Assembly: GCF_021028975.2 (NCBI RefSeq)
Contig: NC_059429.1
Location: forward strand, 71,920,001 to 71,984,000
DNA length: 64,000 nt
Direction of reading: 5' to 3'
From: Sphaerodactylus townsendi
Lineage: Eukaryota
Under the pieces are notes generated by a model. The model was not told where the DNA came from and ran no database searches. It saw only the letters and a program-made list of their open reading frames with translations. The position numbers were made by a program, and so were the translations under genes. Positions 63,985 to 64,000 of this stretch are shown piece by piece (positions within the stretch are counted from its first letter, which is position 1; every line of letters starts with the position of its first letter).

Positions 63985-64000
63985 ATATTCCATATTTCTA

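Overview
Vertebrate genomic DNA, almost certainly a squamate (the repeat content looks gecko-like). It is syntenic with the amniote RAD54L-LRRC41-UQCRH-NSUN4-FAAH block. Four genes could be rebuilt exon by exon with GT-AG junctions and consistent phases: FAAH (-, 15 exons, 574 aa, Lys-Ser-Ser triad intact), NSUN4 (-, 6 exons, 409 aa), UQCRH (-, 4 exons, 92 aa) and LRRC41 (+, 10 exons, 800 aa). The window also holds the last 7 coding exons of RAD54L (-) and exon 1 of a tandem FAAH-like paralog. Introns are rich in transposable elements: CR1, L2, RTE and R4/Dong LINE fragments, SINEs, hAT, Tc2 and SPIN MITEs, and a Penelope-like element. The most striking structure is in FAAH intron 4: a triple nest (hAT MITE > Penelope with an inverted pseudo-LTR > young CR1) carrying two intact minimal hammerhead ribozymes in opposite orientation. 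Also notable are a 210-bp palindromic mini-Penelope folded back at its ribozyme, and inverted CR1 copies bracketing FAAH exons 5-12. There are two N gaps. No prokaryotic features, CRISPR arrays, rRNA or bona fide tRNA genes were seen. Family names and comparisons with human genes are from memory and need database confirmation.
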